Shown here piece by piece: positions 1 through 11,116 of a stretch of 63,214 bases of DNA. A program made the translations under genes and the position numbers. Under the pieces are notes generated by a model that saw only the letters and a list, made by a program, of their open reading frames with translations, was not told the DNA's origin and made no database searches. Location: NCBI GenBank assembly GCA_003222635.1, contig QHWQ01000021.1:1737-64950 (forward strand). The letters run 5' to 3'. This DNA comes from Acidobacteriota bacterium (lineage in GTDB: Bacteria; Acidobacteriota; Vicinamibacteria; Vicinamibacterales; UBA2999). Positions within the stretch are counted from its first letter, which is position 1. Every line of letters begins with the position of its first letter.

Positions 1-1377
1 GCTCGTCTTCCTCATAGAGTCGCGTTGCTGCTCGCGCTGGTGGCCGCGCTCGCCGCGCCTCCGTCGACTCCGCTCGGGACAAGGCTCTTTGCGTTTGTCC
101 ATCCGCCGCCGCTCACATACGAAACCGACATGCTGCCCAACGGACTGCGGGTGATCCTGTCGGAGGACCACTCGACGCCGATCGTGCACGTGTCGGTCTG
201 GTATCACGTGGGGTCGCGCGACGAACGGCCGGGACGCACCGGCTTTGCGCATCTGTTCGAGCACATGATGTTCAAGGGCTCGAAGAACGTGCAGCCCGAC
301 TCGCATACGTCGATCATCGCCAGCATCGGCGGACGCAGCAACGCCTACACGCAGGAGGATGCGACGGTCTTCTGGGAGACGCTGCCGTCGCAGTATCTGC
401 CGCTGGCGCTCTGGCTCGAGGCCGATCGCATGGCGACGCTGCGCGTCGATCGCGACGCGTTCGAGAAGGAGCGCGAGGTCGTCAAGGAAGAGCGGCGGAT
501 GCGCGTGGACAATCAGCCGTACGGCCGGCTGAACGAGATCCTGTTCGACCACGCGTTCACCACGCACCCCTACAAACATCCGACCATCGGCAGCATGAAG
601 GATCTCGAGGCCGCCTCGCTGCAGGACGTCCGCGACTTCCACGACACCTACTACGTGCCCGAAAACGCCGTCGTGACCGTCGTCGGCGATTTCGACGGCG
701 CGCTGGCGATGCAGCTGTTGCGTCAGTACTTCGCCCGCGTGCCCAAGGCCGCCCGGCCGGTGCCGCGCGATATCCCGAAAGAACCGGAGCAGACCCGCGA
801 GCGGCGCGCGACGGTGCAGGAAGAATGGCCGCTGCCGGCCGTCGTCATCGCGTATCACGTCGCCTACGACGGGCATCCGGATTCGTATCCGCTGCACCTC
901 GCGTCGAAGATCATGTTCGACGGCGAGAGCTCGCGGATGACGCGCGACCTCGTCTACGACAAGCGGTTCGCCGTCGCGGCGTTCGGCAGCGCCAATATCC
1001 TGCAGGATCCCAATCTGTTCTACGCCGTGGCGATCGTGCCGGCGGGACAATCGCTGCCGGATGTCGAGCACGAGATGCTGGCGCAGTTCGAGAGCGTGAA
1101 GACCGACGGTGTGAGCGCGCACGAGCTCGAGCGTGCGAAGAACCAGTTCATGCGCGACTACATCATCGGGCGCGAGAGCGACGAGCAGAAGGCGCTGCAC
1201 CTGGCGCACGCCGCCGTGATCCACAACGACATCCGGACCGCCGACGACGAGATCGACGTCTTCCTGAAACTGCAGACGTCGGACGTGCAGCGCGTCGCGA
1301 AGACGTATTTCACCCAGAACAACCGGACGGTGCTCTACATCATGCCGAAGAACGCGAACGCTGGAGGCCGGCGATGA
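1..1377 (+). CDS. M16B zinc peptidase, catalytic subunit (frame open to window edge; true start may lie upstream)
   Basis: Inverted zinc motif HLFEH, GRSNAYT, EREVVKEERR; hydrophobic signal-like N-terminus; stop overlaps next ATG (ATGA 1374-1377). Confidence 0.9.
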   Translation, partial: ARLPHRVALLLALVAALAAPPSTPLGTRLFAFVHPPPLTYETDMLPNGLRVILSEDHSTPIVHVSVWYHVGSRDERPGRTGFAHLFEHMMFKGSKNVQPDSHTSIIASIGGRSNAYTQEDATVFWETLPSQYLPLALWLEADRMATLRVDRDAFEKEREVVKEERRMRVDNQPYGRLNEILFDHAFTTHPYKHPTIGSMKDLEAASLQDVRDFHDTYYVPENAVVTVVGDFDGALAMQLLRQYFARVPKAARPVPRDIPKEPEQTRERRATVQEEWPLPAVVIAYHVAYDGHPDSYPLHLASKIMFDGESSRMTRDLVYDKRFAVAAFGSANILQDPNLFYAVAIVPAGQSLPDVEHEMLAQFESVKTDGVSAHELERAKNQFMRDYIIGRESDEQKALHLAHAAVIHNDIRTADDEIDVFLKLQTSDVQRVAKTYFTQNNRTVLYIMPKNANAGGRR

Positions 1378-3632
1378 GGAGAGCCGTTTGGGTGTTGGGC
1401 TTTGGGATTTGGGCTTTGGGATTTTTCGTGTTTGCGCGCAGCGCGGATGCGCAAGCGCGCGACTGGCCTTCAGAGCAGGCGCCACGTCCGCTGGCCGCGC
1501 ATGAAATCACCTTCCCGCCGTACGAGATCCGCATGCTCGACAACGGCATGCGCATCGTCGCCGTCCTGCATCACGAGCAGCCGGCGGTGAGCATCCGCCT
1601 GCTGGTGGCCGCAGGCTCGGCTCAGGATCCGAAAGGGAAGGGAGGCGTCGCGAACCTGATGGCGTCGCTGCTCGACCAGGGCACGGCGAGCAGGACCGCG
1701 CAGCAGATTGCGGATCAGATCGACTTCATCGGCGGCGACCTTGGCACCGGCGCCGCGACCGATCTGTCGTTCGTCAACGCGGTGGTGATGAAGGACTCGT
1801 TCCAGACGGGAATGGATCTCATCGCGGACATCGCGCGCCATCCGGCGTTTGCGCCCGAGGAAATCGCGCGCCAGAAGGATCAGATTCTGTCGTCGCTGCG
1901 CGTCAACACCGATGACACCGGGTACATCGCCGGCGTCGTCTTCGATCGCCTGGTCTACGGCTTCCATCCCTACGGGCTGCCCGGCATCGGCACCGAGGAT
2001 TCGCTCGGCTCGCTGACGCGAGAGGACCTGCAGGCGTTCCACACGCAGTACTTCCTGCCGAACAACATGATCCTCGCCATCGTCGGCGACGTGACGAGCG
2101 ACGAAGCGTTCGCCGCGGCGCAGCGGGTGTTCGGCGACTGGGCGCGCGGCACGCTCCCGCCGCCGACGTCGATCGAGCCGCCGGCCTCCACGCGCCGGAT
2201 CGTGATCATCGACAAGCCGGATGCCGTGCAGACGAGCATCCGCGTCGGCCAGCTGGCCATCCCGCGCAAGCATCCCGACTACATGACGTGGGATCTGACG
2301 GTGAAGATCCTCGGCGGCGAGGGCGCCAACCGGCTGCATCAGGTGCTGCGATCGCAGTACGGCCTGACCTACGGCGCGGAAGCGAACGCCGAGGCGCGCA
2401 AGGACGCCGGTGATTTCGTCGGCGAGACCGAGACGCGCACGGATACCACAGGGCAGGCGCTGCGGCTGATGATCGATGAGTTCTCCCGGCTCGCGCGCGA
2501 GCGTGTCGGCCAGCGCGAGTTGTCGGACGCGCAGGCCTATCTCGCCGGCAGTTTCCCGCTGACGATCGAGACGCCCGATCAAATCGCGACGCAGGTGCTC
2601 AACGTCCTCTTCTACGACCTGCCGATTTCCGAGATCGGCACGTTCCGCGAGCGCGTGCTCGCGGTGACGCCGGACGACATTCAGCGCGTCGCGCGGCAGT
2701 ACATCCGGCCCGATCGCCTGTCGATCGTGCTGGTCGGCAACGCCCGCGCGTTCGTCTCGCAGATGATTGAGATGGGTTTCGGCGCCTACGAAGTGATTTC
2801 CGCTGATCAACTCGACTTGATGTCGCCTTCGCTGAAGAGGGACCGGAAGCGGGCGGCGATCGAGCCGTTCGGATCGTTCGGATCGTTCTCTCGTTCTCGT
2901 GCGGCGTATAGCCAAGCGTCCGCCACTCAGAACGGCCAGAACGGTCCGAACGGTTCGAACGTCTCGAACGATCCGAACGACCTGATTCGCCGCGTCGTGC
3001 AGGCGAAAGGCGGGCTCGCGGCGCTGAAGTCGATTCGTACCGTGATTGTGGACGCCGACATGTCGGTGATGACCGTTCGTGGTCCCACGATCATTCCGAC
3101 GAAAACCTACGTCGTCTATCCTGATAAGTTCCGCGTCGACGCGACGTTCGCCGGGCAGCAGAGCATTCAGGCCTACAACAGCGGCACCGCGTGGGTAAAG
3201 GATCCCGCGGGCGTCTCCGCGGCGCCACCCGCGATGCGCAACGACTTTGCGGCGACCGTGAAGCGCGACACGTTCCCCATGCTCATTGCCGCCGCTGAAG
3301 GACAGCTGACGGTGAAGCCGCTGCCCGAGGAAGGCAGCGGCGGCGCGGTGCTGAAGGTCGTCGAAGTGAGCGGCAGCGGTCTCGAGCCCGTGCGCCTCTA
3401 CATCGACAAGGACTATCGCATCGTCCGGCAGACCTACACCACGCCGGGGCCGGATGGCCGGCCGGCGCAGGCGGAAGAGCAGTACTCCGACTATCGCAAG
3501 GTCAACGGCATCGACGTGCCGTACCACGCGGTGGTGCTGCGCGACGGCGGGAAGATTCTCGAGCGGACGTTGAAGAGCGTCACATTCAATACCACCGTCG
3601 ATCCCACGCTGTTCGAGCAGCCGCTCCGGTAA
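1374..3632 (+). CDS. M16B peptidase non-catalytic partner subunit with extra ~220-aa C-terminal beta-rich (LolA-like?) domain
   Basis: Signal peptide ending ADA; no HxxEH (ANLMASLL); conserved R/Y pair LRSQYGLTY; translationally coupled to upstream M16; C-terminal EEQYSDYRKVNGIDVP segment. Confidence 0.85.
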   Translation: MRRAVWVLGFGIWALGFFVFARSADAQARDWPSEQAPRPLAAHEITFPPYEIRMLDNGMRIVAVLHHEQPAVSIRLLVAAGSAQDPKGKGGVANLMASLLDQGTASRTAQQIADQIDFIGGDLGTGAATDLSFVNAVVMKDSFQTGMDLIADIARHPAFAPEEIARQKDQILSSLRVNTDDTGYIAGVVFDRLVYGFHPYGLPGIGTEDSLGSLTREDLQAFHTQYFLPNNMILAIVGDVTSDEAFAAAQRVFGDWARGTLPPPTSIEPPASTRRIVIIDKPDAVQTSIRVGQLAIPRKHPDYMTWDLTVKILGGEGANRLHQVLRSQYGLTYGAEANAEARKDAGDFVGETETRTDTTGQALRLMIDEFSRLARERVGQRELSDAQAYLAGSFPLTIETPDQIATQVLNVLFYDLPISEIGTFRERVLAVTPDDIQRVARQYIRPDRLSIVLVGNARAFVSQMIEMGFGAYEVISADQLDLMSPSLKRDRKRAAIEPFGSFGSFSRSRAAYSQASATQNGQNGPNGSNVSNDPNDLIRRVVQAKGGLAALKSIRTVIVDADMSVMTVRGPTIIPTKTYVVYPDKFRVDATFAGQQSIQAYNSGTAWVKDPAGVSAAPPAMRNDFAATVKRDTFPMLIAAAEGQLTVKPLPEEGSGGAVLKVVEVSGSGLEPVRLYIDKDYRIVRQTYTTPGPDGRPAQAEEQYSDYRKVNGIDVPYHAVVLRDGGKILERTLKSVTFNTTVDPTLFEQPLR

Positions 3633-3642
3633 GCCCCCATCG

Positions 3643-4673
3643 ATGCGCATCATGATCTCGTGCGGCGAGCCGTCCGGTGATCTGTACGCCGGAGCGCTGG
3701 CCGCCGAGATCCTTCGCCGCGATTCGTCCGCCGACATCTTCGGCTTCGGCGGTCAGCGTCTCGCATCGGCGGGTGCCCGGCTCATTGGCGACTTCCAGGG
3801 CATCTCGGTCACAGGGCTGACGGAAGCGATCCGCGTGCTGCCCCGATCGTTCGCGATGCTGCGGCGCCTGACCGGCGTCGCACGCGAGCGAAGGCCGGAC
3901 GTCTTCGTCGCGATCGACTTTCCCGACTTCAACTTCCGCCTGATGGCAGCGCTCCATCGCCTCGGCATTCCGGTGGTCTACTACATCAGCCCGCAGCTCT
4001 GGGCGTGGCGCGCCGGCCGCATGCAGACGATGAAGCGGTTCGTCAGCAGGGTGCTGGTGATCTTTCCGTTCGAAGAGGAGCTGTATCGAAGGGAAGGCGT
4101 GCCCGTGGAATGGCGGCGTCGCTGCCGCTGATACGCGCGCGCGTGCCTGATGTCCAGTTCGTCGTCGCCGCCGCGCCGAATCTGGCGGACGAACTATTCG
4201 AGCCGTTGGTCCGCCTCGAGGCGGACACTACCGAATCGATGCGAACCGAAACGGTAGCGTCCGGCTTCAGCCGGACCATCGTGTTGCGCGAACAGACGGA
4301 CGACGTGCTGGCGGCGTCAGATGTCGTGATCACCGCATCCGGCACCGCGACCGTGCAGGCGGCTCTGCACGAGCGCCCGATGGTCGTCGTCTACAAGCTC
4401 TCGCCGCTGACCTATCGCCTTGGAAAGCCGTTTGTACGGGTGGATACCTACGCGATGGCGAACCTCGTGGCCGGCAAGCGCGTTGTGCCCGAGTTGATCC
4501 AGGAAGGGTTCACTGCAGAACGGGTTGCGGAGGAGGCGATTCGTTTCCTGACGGATGGAGAGCTCTACACGCGCACGCGCGACGAGCTCCGCCTCGTGCG
4601 GGAGAAGCTCGGCGAGCCCGGCGCCAGCGGTCGCGCTGCTGACGCCGTGCTTGCCGCAGCATCTCGCCGTTAA
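3643..4673 (+). CDS. lpxB: Lipid-A-disaccharide synthase; split by an internal deletion/frameshift near 4110
   Basis: N-half GEPSGD, IDFPDFN, YYISPQLWAWR (3643-4131); C-half ASGTATVQAAL..PMVVVY, VVPELIQ (4005-4673 frame); the VGHP...LLPGSR block is absent. Confidence 0.9.
4209..4276. repeat. REP doublet (two GTAG-headed 23-nt palindromes, inverted) in frame within lpxB
   Basis: 4209-4231 (-) GTAGT-GTCCGCCTCGAGGCGGAC and 4254-4276 (+) GTAGC-GTCCGGCTTCAGCCGGAC, 22-nt spacer; translates VRLEADTT...VASGFSRT. Confidence 0.85.
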
Positions 4674-4680
4674 CGACCGA

Positions 4681-5040
4681 TTAGCGCTCCGACTGATCGA
4701 CGTCTTCGTCGCTCGAGCCGCGGCTTGACAGGTCTTCCTGTTCTTCACTGCTGCTCATCCCGCGATTCGAGATGCCGCTCGAACTGCTCGAGCTCGAGCT
4801 GCTCGACTCGTCGCTTCTGTTGCGCTCACCTGAACTGCCGGTGCCGCGCTCCTCACTGCCCATGTCGCCGGTGTCGTCCGACTGTCCGCCGCGCGCCTTG
4901 TCAGGCGAGCCTTGCTGGTCGCGCTGCGGCTTTGACTGGTTCCAGTTCTGATTGCCGCCCTGCGAGCCCTGCTGCTTCCCCGGGTTCTGCGGCTGGTTCT
5001 GCTTCTGCTGCTGACCCTGGGCGTTCTTGTTCTGGTCCAT
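4681..5040 (-). CDS. Small Q/S/G-rich low-complexity, probably disordered protein
   Basis: GGAGG RBS before ATG 5040; hydrophilic sequence MDQNKNAQGQQQ... Confidence 0.7.
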   Translation of the reverse strand: MDQNKNAQGQQQKQNQPQNPGKQQGSQGGNQNWNQSKPQRDQQGSPDKARGGQSDDTGDMGSEERGTGSSGERNRSDESSSSSSSSSSGISNRGMSSSEEQEDLSSRGSSDEDVDQSER

Positions 5041-5066
5041 GACGGACACCTCCACGCTCGACGGTC

Positions 5067-5081
5067 GCAAACGAGATGCCC
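5067..5081 (-). promoter_or_regulatory. Putative sigma-54 (-24/-12) promoter
   Basis: GGGCAT-CTCGT-TTGC (GG-N10-GC) upstream of the RBS of 4681-5040. Confidence 0.5.
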
Positions 5082-5128
5082 GCCGCGTTAGTGATCAGCT
5101 GTCGCGCGAAGTATGATCTTGGGTTGGT

Positions 5129-7801
<2,673 letters not shown>

Positions 7802-7820
7802 AAGGTCCGCGCCGCTCTCC

Positions 7821-8987
7821 ATGGATGCTGCCCGGGTCAAAGCCAAGGCGATTGAACTTGGCTTTGATCTGTGCGGCATCGCTCCCGCCGACAGTTTTCC
7901 CGAGCTGACCTTTCTCGACGAGTGGCTCGCGCGCGGCTACGCGGGCGAGATGGCGTGGATGGCGCGCAACGCCGACCGCCGCGCCGATGTCAGAAACGTC
8001 GTACGCGGCGCCCGCAGCGTCATCGTGATGGGCAGTATTTACAACACGGAGTCGGAGTACGGTGACGACCCGACTCAACCCTTTGAGTCGCCCCATCACC
8101 GTACTCCGACTCGGGCGAAGATCGCCCGCTATGCGCTCGGCGATGACTATCACGATGTGCTCGAGTCGCGGCTCGAGGCGCTGCTCGCGTGGATGCGCGC
8201 GGAATCGTCCGAGCCGTTCGAGGCGCGCGCCTACGTCGACACAGGGCCGGTGCAGGAGCGCGTCTACGCGCAGTACGCGGGCATCGGATGGATTGGCAAG
8301 AACACGTGCCTCATCAACGCGGAGCACGGATCGTTTCTCTTTCTCGCGGAGATCATCACGACGCTGGCGCTCGATGCGGATACGCAGGCGCTGGAGCAGT
8401 GCGGCTCCTGCCGCCGTTGTCTCGACGCCTGTCCGACCGGCGCCCTCGTCGACGCAGGCGTGCTCGACTCGACCAGGTGCATCTCGTACCTGACGATCGA
8501 GCTCCGCGGCAGCATTCCGGAGGAATATCGCCCGGCGATTGGCAATCACGTCTACGGCTGCGACATCTGCCAGGACGTCTGTCCGCACAACCAGCCCGGT
8601 TCGGTGTCGTCCGATGCGCCGTGGCAGGCGCGATCCGGCCTCGACCTGCCACGTCTCATCGATCTGTGGCAGCGGCCCGACGCGGATCTGCGCAAGCTGC
8701 TGAAGGGAAGCGCGATGACTCGCGCGAAGCTCACGGGCCTTCGCCGCAATATCGCCGTCGCCATCGGCAACAGCGGCGACGCCGAGGCGCTCGCCGCGTT
8801 GCAGGCGAAAGGCGACGATCAGCCCTCCGTAGCTGATCCGATGGTGGCCGAACACGTCCAATGGGCCCGCCAGGCCTTAAGATCAGTACATGTCCGGGGC
8901 TGCTCCGATTCTTCTCCTGTCGATGCCGCAGATGATGGACCCCAACTTCGCCAAGACGGTGGTCCTGCTGACCGATTACACCGATGA
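7821..8987 (+). CDS. queG: Epoxyqueuosine reductase
   Basis: YVDTGPVQER, GWIGKN, CGSCRRCLDACPTG, GCDICQDVCP; recognisable homology ends ~8880 and the remainder overlaps yqgE. Confidence 0.93.
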   Translation: MDAARVKAKAIELGFDLCGIAPADSFPELTFLDEWLARGYAGEMAWMARNADRRADVRNVVRGARSVIVMGSIYNTESEYGDDPTQPFESPHHRTPTRAKIARYALGDDYHDVLESRLEALLAWMRAESSEPFEARAYVDTGPVQERVYAQYAGIGWIGKNTCLINAEHGSFLFLAEIITTLALDADTQALEQCGSCRRCLDACPTGALVDAGVLDSTRCISYLTIELRGSIPEEYRPAIGNHVYGCDICQDVCPHNQPGSVSSDAPWQARSGLDLPRLIDLWQRPDADLRKLLKGSAMTRAKLTGLRRNIAVAIGNSGDAEALAALQAKGDDQPSVADPMVAEHVQWARQALRSVHVRGCSDSSPVDAADDGPQLRQDGGPADRLHR

Positions 8988-9441
8988 AGGCGCGTTCGGC
9001 CTCGTCGTCAACCGGCCCATGGAAGAGCCGGCGTGGACGATCGTCAAGACCGATCCGCCGGTGCGCGTGGATCCGAACCTGAAGCTCTGGATCGGCGGGC
9101 CGGTCGATCAGCAGAGCACCTGGGTGCTCATGTCCGAAGCGCAGGGGCCGGACGAGGAACAGCGCGAAATCTGTCCGGGTGTTCTGCTCTCCGTGTCGAA
9201 GGGGCTCACGCTGCAGCTGCTGCAATCGCCGCCGTCGCAGCGTGCGCGCGTGCTCGTCGGCTATGCCGGGTGGCAGCGCGGCCAGCTCGAACGCGAGATC
9301 GCCGCGTCCGCGTGGCTGACGATGGACGTCGATCCGGCGCTGATCTTCAACACGCCGCCGGATCAGATGTGGGAAACCGCACTTCGCCGCCTCGGCGCCG
9401 ATCCGTCCGCGCTGCAGATCACGAGCGGCGGCATTCATTAA
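8890..9441 (+). CDS. yqgE: YqgE/AlgH family protein
   Basis: DPNFAKTVVLL, GAFGLVVNRP, GGPV, GYAGWQRGQLEREI..W. Confidence 0.9.
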   Translation: MSGAAPILLLSMPQMMDPNFAKTVVLLTDYTDEGAFGLVVNRPMEEPAWTIVKTDPPVRVDPNLKLWIGGPVDQQSTWVLMSEAQGPDEEQREICPGVLLSVSKGLTLQLLQSPPSQRARVLVGYAGWQRGQLEREIAASAWLTMDVDPALIFNTPPDQMWETALRRLGADPSALQITSGGIH

Positions 9442-9445
9442 TTCA

Positions 9446-11101
9446 ATGAGAAATCTTCTTATGGCGATCGTTGCCAGCAGCGTCGCAGCCGCCGCGCAGA
9501 GCGCGGCGCCCGGCGCCGATCAAATCAAGACCATGTCGGCGCGCTTCGCGCCGGTCGATCTCACGGCGGACGTGAGCAAGCTGCCGGCGAACGAGCGCCA
9601 GGCGCTCGCCAAGCTCGTCGAGGCCGCCAAGGTGATGGACACGCTCTTCCTGCGGCAGGTCTGGGCGGGCAACGAAACGATGCTGCTCGAGCTGCTGCAG
9701 GACAGCTCGCCGCTCGGACATGAGCGGCTGCACTACTTCATGCTGAACAAGGGGCCGTGGTCGCGCCTCGATCGCTTCGACGCGTTCGTTCCCGGCGCGC
9801 CGGGCAAACCCGAGCAGGCCAACTTCTATCCGGCGGACGCCACCAAAGAACAGGTCGAGGAGTGGGTCTCGACGCTGTCCGCGGGACAGAAGACGGCTGC
9901 GACCGGCTTCTACTCGACCATCCGCCGCAACGCGGAAGGAAAGTTCATCGCGGTTCCCTACAGCTACGAATACCAGGGCGAATTGGCGCACGCGGCGGCG
10001 CTGCTGCGTGAAGCGGCCGCGCTCACGAGACAGCCGACGCTGAAGACCTTCCTCGAGAAGCGCGCACAGGCCTTCCTCACCAACGACTACTACGACAGCG
10101 ACGTCGCGTGGATGGAGCTCGACGCGAGCATCGAGCCGACCATCGGCCCGTACGAGGTCTACGAGGACGAGTGGTTCAACTACAAGGCGGCGTTCGAGGC
10201 GTTCATCACGCTGCGTGACGAGGCGGAGAGCGCGAAGCTCGCGCGCTTCGGCGCGGAGCTGCAGGAGATCGAGAACAACCTGCCGATCGATCCGAAGTTC
10301 CGCAACCCGAAGCTCGGCGCGCTCGCGCCGATCCGCGTCGTCGACGTCGTCTTCTCGGCGGGCGACGGCAACCGCGGCGTGCAGACGGCGGCCTACAACC
10401 TGCCGAACGACGAGCGCATCACCGCGGAGAAGGGCGCCAAGCGCGTGATGCTGAAGAACACGCAGGACGCCAAGTTCGCCAAGGTCCTCCTGCCGATCTC
10501 GAAGATTGCGCTCGCGCCGAAGGATCACGGGAGCATCGACTTCGATGCCTTCTTCACGCACATCCTGATGCACGAGCTGATGCACGGCCTCGGCCCGCAC
10601 AACATCACCGCCGGCGAGCGGCCGTCAACCGTCAGGCAGGAGCTGAAGGAGACCTACAGCACGATCGAAGAGGCGAAGGCCGACATCTCCGGCCTCTTTG
10701 CGCTGCAGTTCCTCGTCGATCGCGGCAAGCTCGAGAAGAAATACGAGCAGACGATGTACACGACGTACCTGGCATCGATGTTCCGCTCGATCCGTTTCGG
10801 CCTCAACGAGGCGCACGGCCGCGGCGTCGCCATGCAGCTCAATTACTTCCTCGACAAGGGCGGCGTCACGGTCGCGCAGGACGGCACGTTCGCCGTCAAT
10901 CCGGCGCGCATCAAGCAGAACATCATCGACCTCACCCACGACCTGATGACGATGGAGGCGATGGGGGATTACGCGGCGGCGAAGCAGATGATCGCGACGA
11001 TGGCTGTGAACAGGCCGCCCACGCAGCGCGTGTTGGATCGTCTGACGAGCGTGCCCGTAGATATCGAGCCGAGGTTCGTGACCGCAGCAACGCTCAAATA
11101 A
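9446..11101 (+). CDS. Secreted M49 (dipeptidyl-peptidase III-like) metallopeptidase
   Basis: Signal peptide; IGPYEVYED, AYNLPND, HELMH and EEAKAD motifs. Confidence 0.85.
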   Translation: MRNLLMAIVASSVAAAAQSAAPGADQIKTMSARFAPVDLTADVSKLPANERQALAKLVEAAKVMDTLFLRQVWAGNETMLLELLQDSSPLGHERLHYFMLNKGPWSRLDRFDAFVPGAPGKPEQANFYPADATKEQVEEWVSTLSAGQKTAATGFYSTIRRNAEGKFIAVPYSYEYQGELAHAAALLREAAALTRQPTLKTFLEKRAQAFLTNDYYDSDVAWMELDASIEPTIGPYEVYEDEWFNYKAAFEAFITLRDEAESAKLARFGAELQEIENNLPIDPKFRNPKLGALAPIRVVDVVFSAGDGNRGVQTAAYNLPNDERITAEKGAKRVMLKNTQDAKFAKVLLPISKIALAPKDHGSIDFDAFFTHILMHELMHGLGPHNITAGERPSTVRQELKETYSTIEEAKADISGLFALQFLVDRGKLEKKYEQTMYTTYLASMFRSIRFGLNEAHGRGVAMQLNYFLDKGGVTVAQDGTFAVNPARIKQNIIDLTHDLMTMEAMGDYAAAKQMIATMAVNRPPTQRVLDRLTSVPVDIEPRFVTAATLK

Positions 11102-11116
11102 GCTATTCTTCGCGCC

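Noticed and set aside
3643-4673. Programmed frameshifting or genuine pseudogenisation of lpxB, rsgA and the TonB receptor
   Set aside because: Whole conserved blocks are missing at the junctions and no slippery sites are evident; the pattern recurs in many unrelated genes.
8881-8987. C-terminal extension of QueG as a new domain
   Set aside because: It overlaps yqgE in another frame; a TAA lies one base off-frame at 8878-8880, so read-through or a 1-nt error is more likely.
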